Below are positions 8,086-16,941 of a DNA stretch of 64,000 nucleotides, in pieces (the first letter of the stretch is position 1; every line of letters begins with the position of its first letter). A program made the translations under genes and the position numbers. The notes below the pieces were generated by a model that was given only the letters and a program-made list of their open reading frames with translations, ran no database searches and was not told the origin of the DNA. The DNA lies in contig CAZLEQ010000008.1 of assembly GCA_964558575.1 (NCBI GenBank), forward strand, positions 1,274 to 65,273. Direction: 5' to 3'. The DNA is from an uncultured Acidimicrobiaceae bacterium. Lineage in GTDB: Bacteria > Actinomycetota > Acidimicrobiia > Spongiisociales > ZC4RG35.

Positions 8086-9023
8086 GCCCGAGGAGGGTCT
8101 TTTGGATCGCGGGAATCACCGCGGTTATCTACGCGGCTTTCGCCTACTGGGTAGTCAACAACTTCGACATCCCGCCCCTGCGCGGCGCCGCGCTCCTCAT
8201 CGTGATCCTCGCCGCGATCGCCGAGATCGGGGGGAAGTGGTTCTTCGGCCTCCTGTTCCGGGAGTCGATTCAGGAGACCGGATCGGACGTTGCGCCCTGG
8301 GTCGCGTTCAAGGCGGCCATGGTCGGGGCGGGGGTGGCGAGATTGATTCCTGCCGGTGGGGCGATCACTCCAGTTGCGCTGTCATGGGCGGTGCGCGACC
8401 AAACCGACAACGGCACGGCCGGTCCCGGGATCCGTACTGTGCTGCTCAACTATGCCGGTCTCCTCATGATGGCGGGGACCGGGCTCCTGCTGGAGAGACC
8501 GCGGGGGACGATCCCCGTATTCTCGACATCGCTCCTCGTCGTTGCCCCCATCATCCTGGCGATCGGTGCCTTGCTCATGTTCGGATCCGGCCGGCTCGGG
8601 AGCATCTCGCGATATCTCCCCGCGGTCATCCGGAAGCGGATCGAAACATCGATGGTCAACCACCTTCCCGGTTGGGGATCACAGCTCCACGTGTGGACCC
8701 GACTCGCTCTGGAGGCCACTGCGTTGTGGCTGGTGATGGCAGCGTTCAACATCGACCTCACCGTCTTCGAGACCGTGGCGATCTTTGGTGCCTCTCAGTT
8801 GATCGGGGGGCTTCCCGGAACCCCAGGCGGCCTCGGGGTGGCGGAGTTCGGGATGGGCTTGATCATGGCGGCCTACGGCTATCCGGCGCGGATCGCGGTG
8901 GCGCCCATCCTCGTCTACCGCGTGGTGAACTACTGGCTCCCCGCCGGGCTCAGCCTGCTCGCTGGTGGTTCCACATTCCTCACCTCCGAAGAGGCGAAGG
9001 CGGCCGCCGCCGAAGCCGAGTAG
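8082..9023 (+). CDS. Lysylphosphatidylglycerol-synthase-TM/flippase-like (UPF0104) membrane protein
   Basis: 313-aa polytopic protein with the GG(L/I)PGTPGGLGVAE motif typical of this family. Its GTGA start overlaps the plsY stop. Confidence 0.6.
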   Translation: MSPRRVFWIAGITAVIYAAFAYWVVNNFDIPPLRGAALLIVILAAIAEIGGKWFFGLLFRESIQETGSDVAPWVAFKAAMVGAGVARLIPAGGAITPVALSWAVRDQTDNGTAGPGIRTVLLNYAGLLMMAGTGLLLERPRGTIPVFSTSLLVVAPIILAIGALLMFGSGRLGSISRYLPAVIRKRIETSMVNHLPGWGSQLHVWTRLALEATALWLVMAAFNIDLTVFETVAIFGASQLIGGLPGTPGGLGVAEFGMGLIMAAYGYPARIAVAPILVYRVVNYWLPAGLSLLAGGSTFLTSEEAKAAAAEAE

Positions 9024-9032
9024 GGTCGGGCG

Positions 9033-9482
9033 ATGAGCCAAAGAGTCGAATTCAGCCTCCAGAACCAGGACGGCGAAGTGGTCAGCAGCGCCGACCTCGC
9101 CGGCAAGAGGTACGTCCTGTTCTTCTATCCAAGGGCGATGACACCCGGTTGCACAACGGAGTCGTGTGACTTCCGTGACAGTTATGCCGAGTTCGGCGAA
9201 GCCGGTTACGAGGTGATCGGGGTGAGCCCGGATCCGCCGTCGCGCAATCGGAGGTTCAAGGAGAAGGAGGGCCTCAACTTCGATCTCCTCTCCGACGAGG
9301 ACCATCAGCTCTCCGACTCGCTGGGAGCCTGGGGAGAGAAGAAGCTCTACGGTAAGACCATGGAGGGTCTAATCCGCTCCACCTTCGTCATCGACGAGGA
9401 CGGCACCCTGGACAAAGCCTACAGGAACGTCAAGGCCACCGGCCACGTCGCTCGGGTCAAAGAAGACCTCCTCGGCGGATAG
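9033..9482 (+). CDS. bcp: Thioredoxin-dependent peroxiredoxin Bcp
   Basis: VLFFYPRAMTPGCTTESC active site, GVSPD, STFVIDEDG; 149 aa. Confidence 0.9.
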   Translation: MSQRVEFSLQNQDGEVVSSADLAGKRYVLFFYPRAMTPGCTTESCDFRDSYAEFGEAGYEVIGVSPDPPSRNRRFKEKEGLNFDLLSDEDHQLSDSLGAWGEKKLYGKTMEGLIRSTFVIDEDGTLDKAYRNVKATGHVARVKEDLLGG

Positions 9483-9506
9483 ATCCCATTCTTCACAGAG
9501 TGTTGG

Positions 9507-10388
9507 TCAGGAGCCCAATTCGTGCCCGGTGAGGTGCTCGAGGGCCTTGACCAGGGCGTGGTTCCCTTCGCCGCCGAGGCCGCGCGCCTGAAGCGACCGG
9601 TAGAGCTGATATACGAGTGCGACGCCCGGCATGGCGGCGCCGACTTCGTCGGCGGCCTCGAGGACAAGACGGAGGTCCTTTTGCTGTAGGTCGATGGTGA
9701 ACCCGGGCCGCCAATCGCGCTCGATCATCTGCGGGCCGCGATTCGACAGCATCCACGAACCGGCGGCGCCGCCCTCCACCGCGGCGAGGGTCTTCCTCAG
9801 GTCGAGGCCGGCGGCATTGGCGAGCATCAGGGCCTCGGATGCCGCCAGCTGGTTGAGGACCACCAGCGCCTGGTTGACCGCTTTCACCATCTGCCCCGAC
9901 CCGGGCTCCCCGCCGACGTGGACGATCGACGACGAATAGGCCTCCATGAACGGCCGAGCCCGCTCGAGTGCCTCGGGAGATCCCCCGGCCATCACCGCCA
10001 AGGTGCCCCGCTCGGCCCCCTCCGAGCCGCCCGACACCGGGGCGTCGATCCAATGGACGCCCAGCTGCTCCGCCTCCACGGAGAACCTCTTGGTGGCCAC
10101 CGGCGAGATCGTCGAATGGTCGACCAGGACGTCGCCCTCGCTCATCCCGTGGATGACGCCGGAGGGACCGAATACCACCTCTTCGACATCGTTGGTGTCC
10201 GACACACAGACGAAGACGATGTCCGAGTTCGATCCCACCTCCCGGGGGCTGCCGGTGATCCGGACGTCGAGACCGTCCGCCTTTCCGGGCGTCCGGTTCC
10301 AGACGGTCAGCTCGTGTTCCGCGGCGGCGAGATTCGCCGCCATGCCCCGGCCCATGATGCCGAGGCCGATGAATCCGAGGCGTGTCAT
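9507..10388 (-). CDS. NAD(P)-dependent beta-hydroxyacid dehydrogenase (3-hydroxyisobutyrate / 2-hydroxy-3-oxopropionate reductase family)
   Basis: GFIGLGIMGRGMAANL Rossmann motif, DAPVSGG, GSGQMVKAVNQ, KDL.L motifs. Confidence 0.85.
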   Translation of the reverse strand: MTRLGFIGLGIMGRGMAANLAAAEHELTVWNRTPGKADGLDVRITGSPREVGSNSDIVFVCVSDTNDVEEVVFGPSGVIHGMSEGDVLVDHSTISPVATKRFSVEAEQLGVHWIDAPVSGGSEGAERGTLAVMAGGSPEALERARPFMEAYSSSIVHVGGEPGSGQMVKAVNQALVVLNQLAASEALMLANAAGLDLRKTLAAVEGGAAGSWMLSNRGPQMIERDWRPGFTIDLQQKDLRLVLEAADEVGAAMPGVALVYQLYRSLQARGLGGEGNHALVKALEHLTGHELGS

Positions 10389-10426
10389 GTCGACGCACCC
10401 TAGATGCCCCTGCTAAACCGAGACCC

Positions 10427-11641
10427 ATGCCTACCGACCGTCTCGAGAAGATCCTCTCCGCCGAGCTGGAGAACCTCCGCGAGTCAGGCACCGACAAGGG
10501 CGACGAGTCGGTGGTGACTGCGGTGCTGCCACCTCGCTCCGGGTTCGGGCCCCGATATCTCCTCGCAGGGAGTGACCAGGAGTTCCTGCGCATGAACTCC
10601 AACAGCTATCTAGGGCTCTCCCAACACCCTGCGGTCATCGACGCCGAGGAGAGCGCCACACGAGCTTTCGGTGCCGGGCCCGGGGCGGTTCGCTTCATCT
10701 CGGGGACTTATCAGGCCCACGTCGACCTCGAGACCCGGCTCGCTTCGTTCCACGAAAGAGAGGCGGCAGTGGCCTATTCCTCCGCTTACGCCGCGGTCCT
10801 GTCGACTCTCGGCTCGGTGATAAACGAGGACACGGTGGTCATCTCCGATGAGCTGAACCACAACTGCATCATCAATGCCATCCGAATGAGCCGCCCGGCG
10901 GCTCGTGCCGTCTACCCCCATCTCGATATGAACGCTCTCGATGGCGAGTTGGACGAGGCCCCCGGGTTGGGCAGCCGCGCGGTGGTGGTGACCGACGGAG
11001 TGTTCTCGATGCGCGGCGACTACGCCGATCTCGTCGCCATCAACGAGGTCGTGGCCCGCCACGACGGGAAGTTCGCCGACAACATCGTGGTCGTGGTCGA
11101 CGACTCCCACGGGGTGGGAGCCTACGGAGCCACCGGGCGAGGCACCGAGGAGGTCACGGGCGGCCGGGTCGACGTGCTGATCGGGACACTGGGCAAGGCG
11201 TTCGGGGTCAACGGCGGATACGTGACGGGATCGTCGACATTGGCCAGCTACCTGCGCGAGAAGGGCCCCATGTACATCTACTCGAACCCGATTACGGCCG
11301 GCGAGGCTGCGGCCGCCGACATGGCGGTGTCGATCCTCGACTCACCGGAGGGCGCCGAGATGCTCGCCCATCTCGGCGCGATGACCGGCAAGTTCGAGGC
11401 GGGGTTGGTCGACGCCGGGTTCGAGACCATCCCCGGCCCCCACCCGGTGGTGCCGTTGATGGTCCGGGAGACGGGGAGGACAGCGGCGCTGGTGGCCCAC
11501 CTCTTCGAGAATGGGATCCTGGCCACCGGGCTCAACTTCCCGGTGGTGCCCAAGGGTGACGAGGAGATCCGCTTCCAAGTAAACGCCGACCACACCGAGG
11601 CGGACATCGACTACGCCCTTGACGTTCTGCGCAACTTCTAG
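10427..11641 (+). CDS. kbl: Glycine C-acetyltransferase (2-amino-3-ketobutyrate CoA ligase) / alpha-oxoamine synthase family, PLP-dependent
   Basis: SNSYLGL, VISDELNHNCII, VVDDSHGVG, TLGKAF (PLP lysine), NFPVVPKG.E.IRFQ. The start was moved to the ATG at 10427 (MPTDRLEKIL). Confidence 0.8.
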   Translation: MPTDRLEKILSAELENLRESGTDKGDESVVTAVLPPRSGFGPRYLLAGSDQEFLRMNSNSYLGLSQHPAVIDAEESATRAFGAGPGAVRFISGTYQAHVDLETRLASFHEREAAVAYSSAYAAVLSTLGSVINEDTVVISDELNHNCIINAIRMSRPAARAVYPHLDMNALDGELDEAPGLGSRAVVVTDGVFSMRGDYADLVAINEVVARHDGKFADNIVVVVDDSHGVGAYGATGRGTEEVTGGRVDVLIGTLGKAFGVNGGYVTGSSTLASYLREKGPMYIYSNPITAGEAAAADMAVSILDSPEGAEMLAHLGAMTGKFEAGLVDAGFETIPGPHPVVPLMVRETGRTAALVAHLFENGILATGLNFPVVPKGDEEIRFQVNADHTEADIDYALDVLRNF

Positions 11642-11657
11642 CCATCACGCCCTCTAA

Positions 11658-11709
11658 CCGTTCTGTGAAGACTTCGGGCGCTCTCAGTGCCATTTTCCTT
11701 CCTAGAACG
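11658..11709. repeat. About 50-nt nested-hairpin repeat, family 2, copy A (reverse orientation relative to copy B at 20458)
   Basis: CCGTTCT-GT-GAAG-ACTTCG-GGCGC-TCTCA-GTGCC-ATTTTC-CTTC-CT-AGAACGG. It sits between the convergent stops of kbl and the carboxylase alpha subunit. Confidence 0.6.
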
Positions 11710-11711
11710 GG

Positions 11712-13658
11712 TCAGGCGTGCTCCTCGACCACGACGAGCACCGCTCCCGCCTCGACCTGGTCGCCGGCGGCGCACAGGACCTGAGTGACCGTTCCGGCGT
11801 GGGGGGCGCGGAGAGTGTGCTCCATCTTCATCGCCTCCAGAACCACGAGCAACGAGCCTTCGGCCACGTCCGAGCCCTCGGTGGCATCGACCCGGATCAC
11901 CTGGCCCGGCATGGGGGCGTGCAGCGACCCGGCGTCGTCCTCGGCATCAGACCACCGGAAGCGGGGCACTTCGACGAGACGGGCCGGCCCGAGATTCGAG
12001 TCGACGTAACGGAGGTCTCCGTACCGGGCCACGTCGAAGTGGTGTTCCCCGTCACCAACGAGGATCGACACCTGCCGCGGCGAGGCTTGGCCGATCGAGA
12101 CGGTCCCGACTCCTTCGAGCGGAATGGCTTCGAGCATCGAGTAGCCGACGTCGTGGACACCGTGCTCGCCGGTGTAAGAACGAACCTGCATCTGACTGGG
12201 GGAGTTGCGCCATCCCGAGGGGATGGTGCCCAGCACCGTGAGATCGTCCCTCTCCACTTCCTGGTCCGACACCGCGGCAGCGAGAGCCGAGAGACGTTCG
12301 TCGGCGACATCGAGCAGAGGCCGTCCCAACTCGGCGACGTCGTTTCGCTGCAGGAAGTGGGTGTCGGTCTCCCCCCCGATGAACTCGGGATGCTCGAGAA
12401 TGCGGATCAGGAGGGCGCGGTTCGTCGTCGATCCGTGGATGTGTGCCCGGCGCAGAGCGGTGGCGAGAGTGTCGGCTGCCTTCTCGCGGGTGGGAGCGTG
12501 GGCGATGACCTTGGCAATCATCGGGTCGTAGTGCACCGAGACGTTCGATCCGTCCTCGATGCCGGCGTCCACTCTGAGACCCTCGAGCTCGGGAAAGCGA
12601 AAACGGTGGAACTTCCCGGTGACGGGCAGATAGGCGTTGAGGGGGTCCTCCGCATAGAGACGGGCCTCGATGGCGTGGCCAAGGATTCGGGGGCCCTTGT
12701 CGGGGAGGGGCTCGCCGTTGGCGATCTCGACCTGGAGACGCACCAGATCCAGGCCGGTGACCATCTCGGTCACCGGATGCTCGACCTGGAGACGGGTGTT
12801 CATCTCCAGGAAGTAGAAACGCCCGTCCTGGAAGAGGAACTCGACGGTCCCGGCGCCGACGTAGGCGACTGCCTCGGCTGCCCGCACCGCCGCCGCCCCC
12901 ATCTCCTCACGAGTGGCCGGGTCGATGGCGATCGAGGGCGCCTCCTCGACGATCTTTTGATGTCGCCGCTGGATGGAGCACTCGCGCTCGTGGAGCGAGA
13001 CCACGTTTCCCCCGGAGTCGCCAAACACCTGGATCTCGATGTGGCGTGGCGCGGTGAGATATTTCTCCAGGAACACCGTGCCGTCCCCGAAGGCGCTCTG
13101 CGCCTCGCGTCGGGCCGAGTCGAGGGCCTCACCGAGATCGTCGGGGTCCCTGACGATTCTCATCCCCTTGCCTCCACCACCGGCGGAGGCCTTGACAAGG
13201 ACGGGGTAGCCGAGAGAGAGCGCGGCGCTGTTCACCGAGTCGAGACCGTCCAACTCGATCGAGGGGAGCACGGGGACCCCGGCATCACCCATCAGGCGCT
13301 TCGACTCGATTTTCGAGCCCATGATCTCGATCGCCTCCGATGACGGCCCGATCCAGACCAGCCCGGCGCTGGTGACGGCGCGAGCGAAAGCGGCGTTCTC
13401 GGCCAGAAAGCCGTATCCGGGGTGGACGGCATCGGCTCCGGTCTCCTTGGCAGCAGCGATCAGCGCGTCGATGTCGAGGTAGGTCTCCGATGGTGTGTTT
13501 CCGGCGAGGTGGATTGCTTCGTTGGCCTCACGCACGTGGGGTTCGCCCGCGTCGGCCTCCGAATAGACGGCGACGGTGGACAGGCCCATCTCGCGGCAGG
13601 TGCGAAAGATGCGACGGGCGATCTCACCTCGATTGGCGACGAGAACCTTCGAGATCAT
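11712..13658 (-). CDS. Acyl-CoA carboxylase alpha subunit (biotin carboxylase plus BCCP), methylcrotonyl-CoA-carboxylase type
   Basis: MISKVLVANRGEIA..., ATP-grasp motifs, and a C-terminal biotinylation motif LEAMKMEH; 648 aa. Confidence 0.9.
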   Translation of the reverse strand: MISKVLVANRGEIARRIFRTCREMGLSTVAVYSEADAGEPHVREANEAIHLAGNTPSETYLDIDALIAAAKETGADAVHPGYGFLAENAAFARAVTSAGLVWIGPSSEAIEIMGSKIESKRLMGDAGVPVLPSIELDGLDSVNSAALSLGYPVLVKASAGGGGKGMRIVRDPDDLGEALDSARREAQSAFGDGTVFLEKYLTAPRHIEIQVFGDSGGNVVSLHERECSIQRRHQKIVEEAPSIAIDPATREEMGAAAVRAAEAVAYVGAGTVEFLFQDGRFYFLEMNTRLQVEHPVTEMVTGLDLVRLQVEIANGEPLPDKGPRILGHAIEARLYAEDPLNAYLPVTGKFHRFRFPELEGLRVDAGIEDGSNVSVHYDPMIAKVIAHAPTREKAADTLATALRRAHIHGSTTNRALLIRILEHPEFIGGETDTHFLQRNDVAELGRPLLDVADERLSALAAAVSDQEVERDDLTVLGTIPSGWRNSPSQMQVRSYTGEHGVHDVGYSMLEAIPLEGVGTVSIGQASPRQVSILVGDGEHHFDVARYGDLRYVDSNLGPARLVEVPRFRWSDAEDDAGSLHAPMPGQVIRVDATEGSDVAEGSLLVVLEAMKMEHTLRAPHAGTVTQVLCAAGDQVEAGAVLVVVEEHA

Positions 13659-13720
13659 CGGATCGGGAGGCTACCGCACCTCCTCGGGGCTAACCATCCC
13701 CGCCCAGGTAAACTGGCCCG

Positions 13721-14383
13721 ATGGACAACGAGACCAAGTCTCGGTTTCCGTCCGTCCCCGTAGCCATCCTGGTTCTCGTCATCGGACTGGGTCTGCTCAC
13801 GTATTGGGGGGTCCGATCGATCATGTCGGCCATCCCCACGCCGAGCGACATCGCCAGTGTCTTCGAGCCGGAGCCCTACGAGGAGATCGGGCCGGTAACG
13901 ATCACCGCGATCCGCGACCTCGCCCAGCTGGCGACGGTGGAGACCGTGCAATACACCATCGTCGAGAAGGGCACCGACGAGGGCTGGCTGGCCTGGGCAC
14001 GCGGGGACTCCCTGCGGCTGTTCGCCGTGGCTCGCATCGGCGCCGGAGTCGACCTGAGCGGTCTCACAGTTCGAGATGTCACTGTCGACGAGGAGGGGGT
14101 GGTCGAGCTCCAGGTTCCCGCCGCGGTCATCCTCTATGTGGACCCCGATCAGGAAGCCACTCAGGTCTTGGAGCGAGACGTGGGCTTCTTCACCAGCGGG
14201 GACCCGGGTCTCGAGTCCGACGTGCGCCGTATCGCCGACGAGGTCTTGGTGGACAACGCCATCGAAGCCGGGATCCTGGAACAGGCCGAGACCAACGCCA
14301 GGGCCGTGCTCACCGACTTCCTCCTCAGCGTCGGCTACACCGACGTGGTGGTCGAGTTCTACGACCCGGCCCCTACATCCTGA
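13721..14383 (+). CDS. DUF4230 domain membrane-anchored protein
   Basis: N-terminal TM helix followed by a DUF4230-like pattern (AIRDLAQLATVE..YT, GAGVDLSGL, VELQVPAA). The 3' end overlaps the convergent carboxyltransferase gene by 11 nt. Confidence 0.65.
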   Translation: MDNETKSRFPSVPVAILVLVIGLGLLTYWGVRSIMSAIPTPSDIASVFEPEPYEEIGPVTITAIRDLAQLATVETVQYTIVEKGTDEGWLAWARGDSLRLFAVARIGAGVDLSGLTVRDVTVDEEGVVELQVPAAVILYVDPDQEATQVLERDVGFFTSGDPGLESDVRRIADEVLVDNAIEAGILEQAETNARAVLTDFLLSVGYTDVVVEFYDPAPTS

Positions 14384-15971
14384 ATACGCCGAAGCGGTCA
14401 GTCCCCTCAACCGGGCCGGAGTGAATGGCCGACAGTGCGATCCCCAGAACCGTCCGGGTGTCCCGAGGGTCGATCAAACCGTCGTCACGGACCCGGGCCG
14501 TCGAGAAGTAGGCCTGTTCGAACTCCTCCATCTGTCGGGTCAGCTCGGCGGTTCTGTGTGCATCGGTCTCCTCGTCGAACTCGATGCCCTTCGACTCGGC
14601 CGACTGGCGGGCCACGATCGACATCACCCCGGCGAGCTGTCTGGCTCCCATCACCGACACCTTGTGGTTGGGGTACCCGAAGACGAACCTCGGCTCGTAT
14701 GCCCGGCCCGACATCCCGTAGTTGCCGGCACCGTATGACACCCCGGCCATGAGTGAGATGTGCGGTACCTCCGAGTTGGCCACTGCGTTGATCATCTTGG
14801 CGCCGTCCTTGATGATCCCGGCCTGTTCGTACTCCTTGCCCACCATGTATCCGGTGGTGTTGTGAATGAACACGATGGGGGTGTCGTATCGGTTGCATAG
14901 CTGGATGAACTCGGTGGTCTTCTTCGCCTCGTCGCTGAAGATCACCCCCTGCTGGTTGGCCACCACGCCGATGGGGTAGCCGTGGATCGAGCCCCATCCG
15001 TTGAGAATGGAAGTCCCGTACACCGCCTTGTATTCCTCGAACCTGGAGCCATCGAGCACCCGGGCCAGGAGCTCCCTCATGTCGAAGGGTATCCGCAGGT
15101 CGGGGGGGATCACACCGAGGATCTCGTCGGCGTCGTAGATCGGGTCATCGGCCGGCCTGGTGGGCCCGTATCCCAGCTTGGACCAGTTGAAATGCCCCAC
15201 GATGTCGCGTCCCATGCGGATCGCCTCGTGCTCGTCGTCGGCGAAGTAATCGCTCAGGCCGGAGATCTTCGAGTGCATCTCCGCCCCTCCCAGCTCCTCG
15301 TCGGTCGACTCCTCTCCGGTGGCCATCTTGACCAAGGGGGGACCCCCGAGGAACACCTTTGCCTGCTCCCGCACCATCACCGCGTAGTCGCACATGGCGG
15401 GGAAGTAGGCCCCGCCCGCGGTGGAACTGCCGAATACGATGGCGACGGTGGGGATGCCCTGCTTGGAGAGCCGGGTCAGGTTGCGGAACCACTTGCCCCC
15501 CACCAGGAACACATCCGCTTGATCGGGAAGGTCGGCACCGCCCGACTCCACCAGGTTGATCAGGGGCAGCCGATTCTCCATGGCGATGTCCATGATCCGC
15601 AGCGACTTGGCCAGGGTGTACCGGTTGAAGACCCCGGCTTGGCTGGTGGGATCGTTGGCGAGAATCGCGCATTCGACACCATTGATAACCCCGATGCCGG
15701 TGACCACGTTGGCGCCGAGGGGTTTGGCCGTGCGCCACGCCGCCAGCGTCGACAGCTGGAGGAAAGGCGAGTCACGATCGACGAGCAGCTCGATTCGTTC
15801 CCGGGCGAGCAGCTTGCCGCGGTCGCGGTGGCGCTGGATGTACTTCTCCCCGCCGCCTGATCGGGCCTCGGTCTGGAGCTCTTCGAACTCCCTGAGTTTG
15901 TCCTCCATGGCCGCCCGGTTGGACTGGTATTCCTCCGAGCGGGTGTCGAGGCGCGTTTTCAACACCTGCAT
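14373..15971 (-). CDS. Acyl-CoA carboxylase beta subunit (carboxyltransferase), methylcrotonyl-CoA-carboxylase type
   Basis: 532 aa with QRHRDRGKLLARERIELLVD, GVINGVEC.ILANDPT, GGAYFPAMCDY, and GWGSIHGYPIGVVANQ. Confidence 0.9.
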   Translation of the reverse strand: MQVLKTRLDTRSEEYQSNRAAMEDKLREFEELQTEARSGGGEKYIQRHRDRGKLLARERIELLVDRDSPFLQLSTLAAWRTAKPLGANVVTGIGVINGVECAILANDPTSQAGVFNRYTLAKSLRIMDIAMENRLPLINLVESGGADLPDQADVFLVGGKWFRNLTRLSKQGIPTVAIVFGSSTAGGAYFPAMCDYAVMVREQAKVFLGGPPLVKMATGEESTDEELGGAEMHSKISGLSDYFADDEHEAIRMGRDIVGHFNWSKLGYGPTRPADDPIYDADEILGVIPPDLRIPFDMRELLARVLDGSRFEEYKAVYGTSILNGWGSIHGYPIGVVANQQGVIFSDEAKKTTEFIQLCNRYDTPIVFIHNTTGYMVGKEYEQAGIIKDGAKMINAVANSEVPHISLMAGVSYGAGNYGMSGRAYEPRFVFGYPNHKVSVMGARQLAGVMSIVARQSAESKGIEFDEETDAHRTAELTRQMEEFEQAYFSTARVRDDGLIDPRDTRTVLGIALSAIHSGPVEGTDRFGVFRM

Positions 15972-16005
15972 CGCCGGGGAGGCTAGTTAGTCGTCTTTGG
16001 GGTTC

Positions 16006-16311
16006 TCAGCCGCTGTGGACGGCTGACTCTTGGTAGGGCTCGAGCATGATGCACTCGCCCGGGCACTCTTCGGCGGATTCGATCACGTCGTCGATGAGCG
16101 AGTCGGGGACGCGGGCGAGGCCACGGGCTCCGTCGGGAGCGTCCTCGCCATCGAAGACAACGGTGTTTCCGAAGTGCTTGGACTCTTCCTTGACGACCCA
16201 AAGGCCATCGTCGCGACCAACGAACACGTCTGGCGTGATCTCTTCACAGATACCGTCACCGGTGCAGAGATCTTGATCGATCCAAACCATTAACTTGGTT
16301 GCGTCGGCCAT
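16006..16311 (-). CDS. Small ferredoxin (single-cluster actinobacterial type)
   Basis: IDQDLCTGDGICEEITPDVF ... ECPGECI cysteine pattern; 101 aa. Confidence 0.85.
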   Translation of the reverse strand: MADATKLMVWIDQDLCTGDGICEEITPDVFVGRDDGLWVVKEESKHFGNTVVFDGEDAPDGARGLARVPDSLIDDVIESAEECPGECIMLEPYQESAVHSG

Positions 16312-16358
16312 ACCCCCAAGTTAGATGGTTGGGACTCACTACCCAACTCGCACACCGT

Positions 16359-16392
16359 TTCCTAATGCATGGGAGCCGGTATACCGGCTCTC
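16359..16392. repeat. Family 1 REP-like hairpin repeat, left-arm orientation (TTCCTAATGC-ATGG-GAGCCGGTATACCGGCTC)
   Basis: Read directly. It has the same motif and orientation as 4402-4433. Confidence 0.75.
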
Positions 16393-16419
16393 AGTGATAG
16401 AGAAAGGGACAGGAAGAGG

Positions 16420-16869
16420 ATGCAGGAAGTACTCGGGAGACTCCAAGCCCAGGTAGGTGAAGAGATCGGTGTCAGCAATTGGTGGGAAGTCACCCAGGAG
16501 CGGATAAACGCCTTCGCCGAAGCCACCGACGACCATCAGTTCATCCACGTAGACCCGGAGCTGGCGGCACAGACCCCGTTCGGTGGCACCATCGCCCACG
16601 GGTTCCTCACCCTCTCGATGTCGGTCCCGATGGGTACCGAGGTGCAACTCGACGTGGGCAACCCGCTGATGGGTATCAACTACGGGCTCGACAGAGTGCG
16701 CTTTCCCGCCCCGGTGCCGGTCGACTCACGGATCAGGGTGCGGGTGACCCTCGACGAGGTGTCCGAGGTCGCCGGTGGCATCCAGATGAAGCAGACCATG
16801 GTCACCGAGGTCGAAGGCGAGGAGAAACCGGCCATGGTGGCGGAGCGGCTCACCAGGCTGTACTACTGA
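16420..16869 (+). CDS. MaoC-like (R)-specific enoyl-CoA hydratase, hot-dog fold
   Basis: F.EATDD.QFIHVDPE.A..TPFGGTIAHGFLTLS motif. The start was moved to the ATG at 16420, which follows AGGAAGAGG. The longer track ORF begins inside the repeat. Confidence 0.85.
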   Translation: MQEVLGRLQAQVGEEIGVSNWWEVTQERINAFAEATDDHQFIHVDPELAAQTPFGGTIAHGFLTLSMSVPMGTEVQLDVGNPLMGINYGLDRVRFPAPVPVDSRIRVRVTLDEVSEVAGGIQMKQTMVTEVEGEEKPAMVAERLTRLYY

Positions 16870-16893
16870 CCCGAGGGTAGCTTTCTGTGGCCA

Positions 16894-16928
16894 CCAGAGC
16901 CGGTATACCGGCTCTGGTGCATTAGGAA
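16894..16928. repeat. Family 1 REP-like hairpin repeat, right-arm orientation (GAGCCGGTATACCGGCTC-TGGT-GCATTAGGAA)
   Basis: Read directly. It is inverted relative to 16359-16392, and the pair brackets maoC. Confidence 0.75.
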
Positions 16929-16941
16929 CCAGGAAACCAGT

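Noticed and set aside
8082-9023. Whether the plsY-adjacent membrane protein is a full MprF-type lysyl-PG synthase, which would be resistance-related.
   Set aside because: Only the flippase/TM-like domain (~313 aa) is present. There is no C-terminal aminoacyl-transferase domain. I call it a UPF0104/flippase-like membrane protein only.
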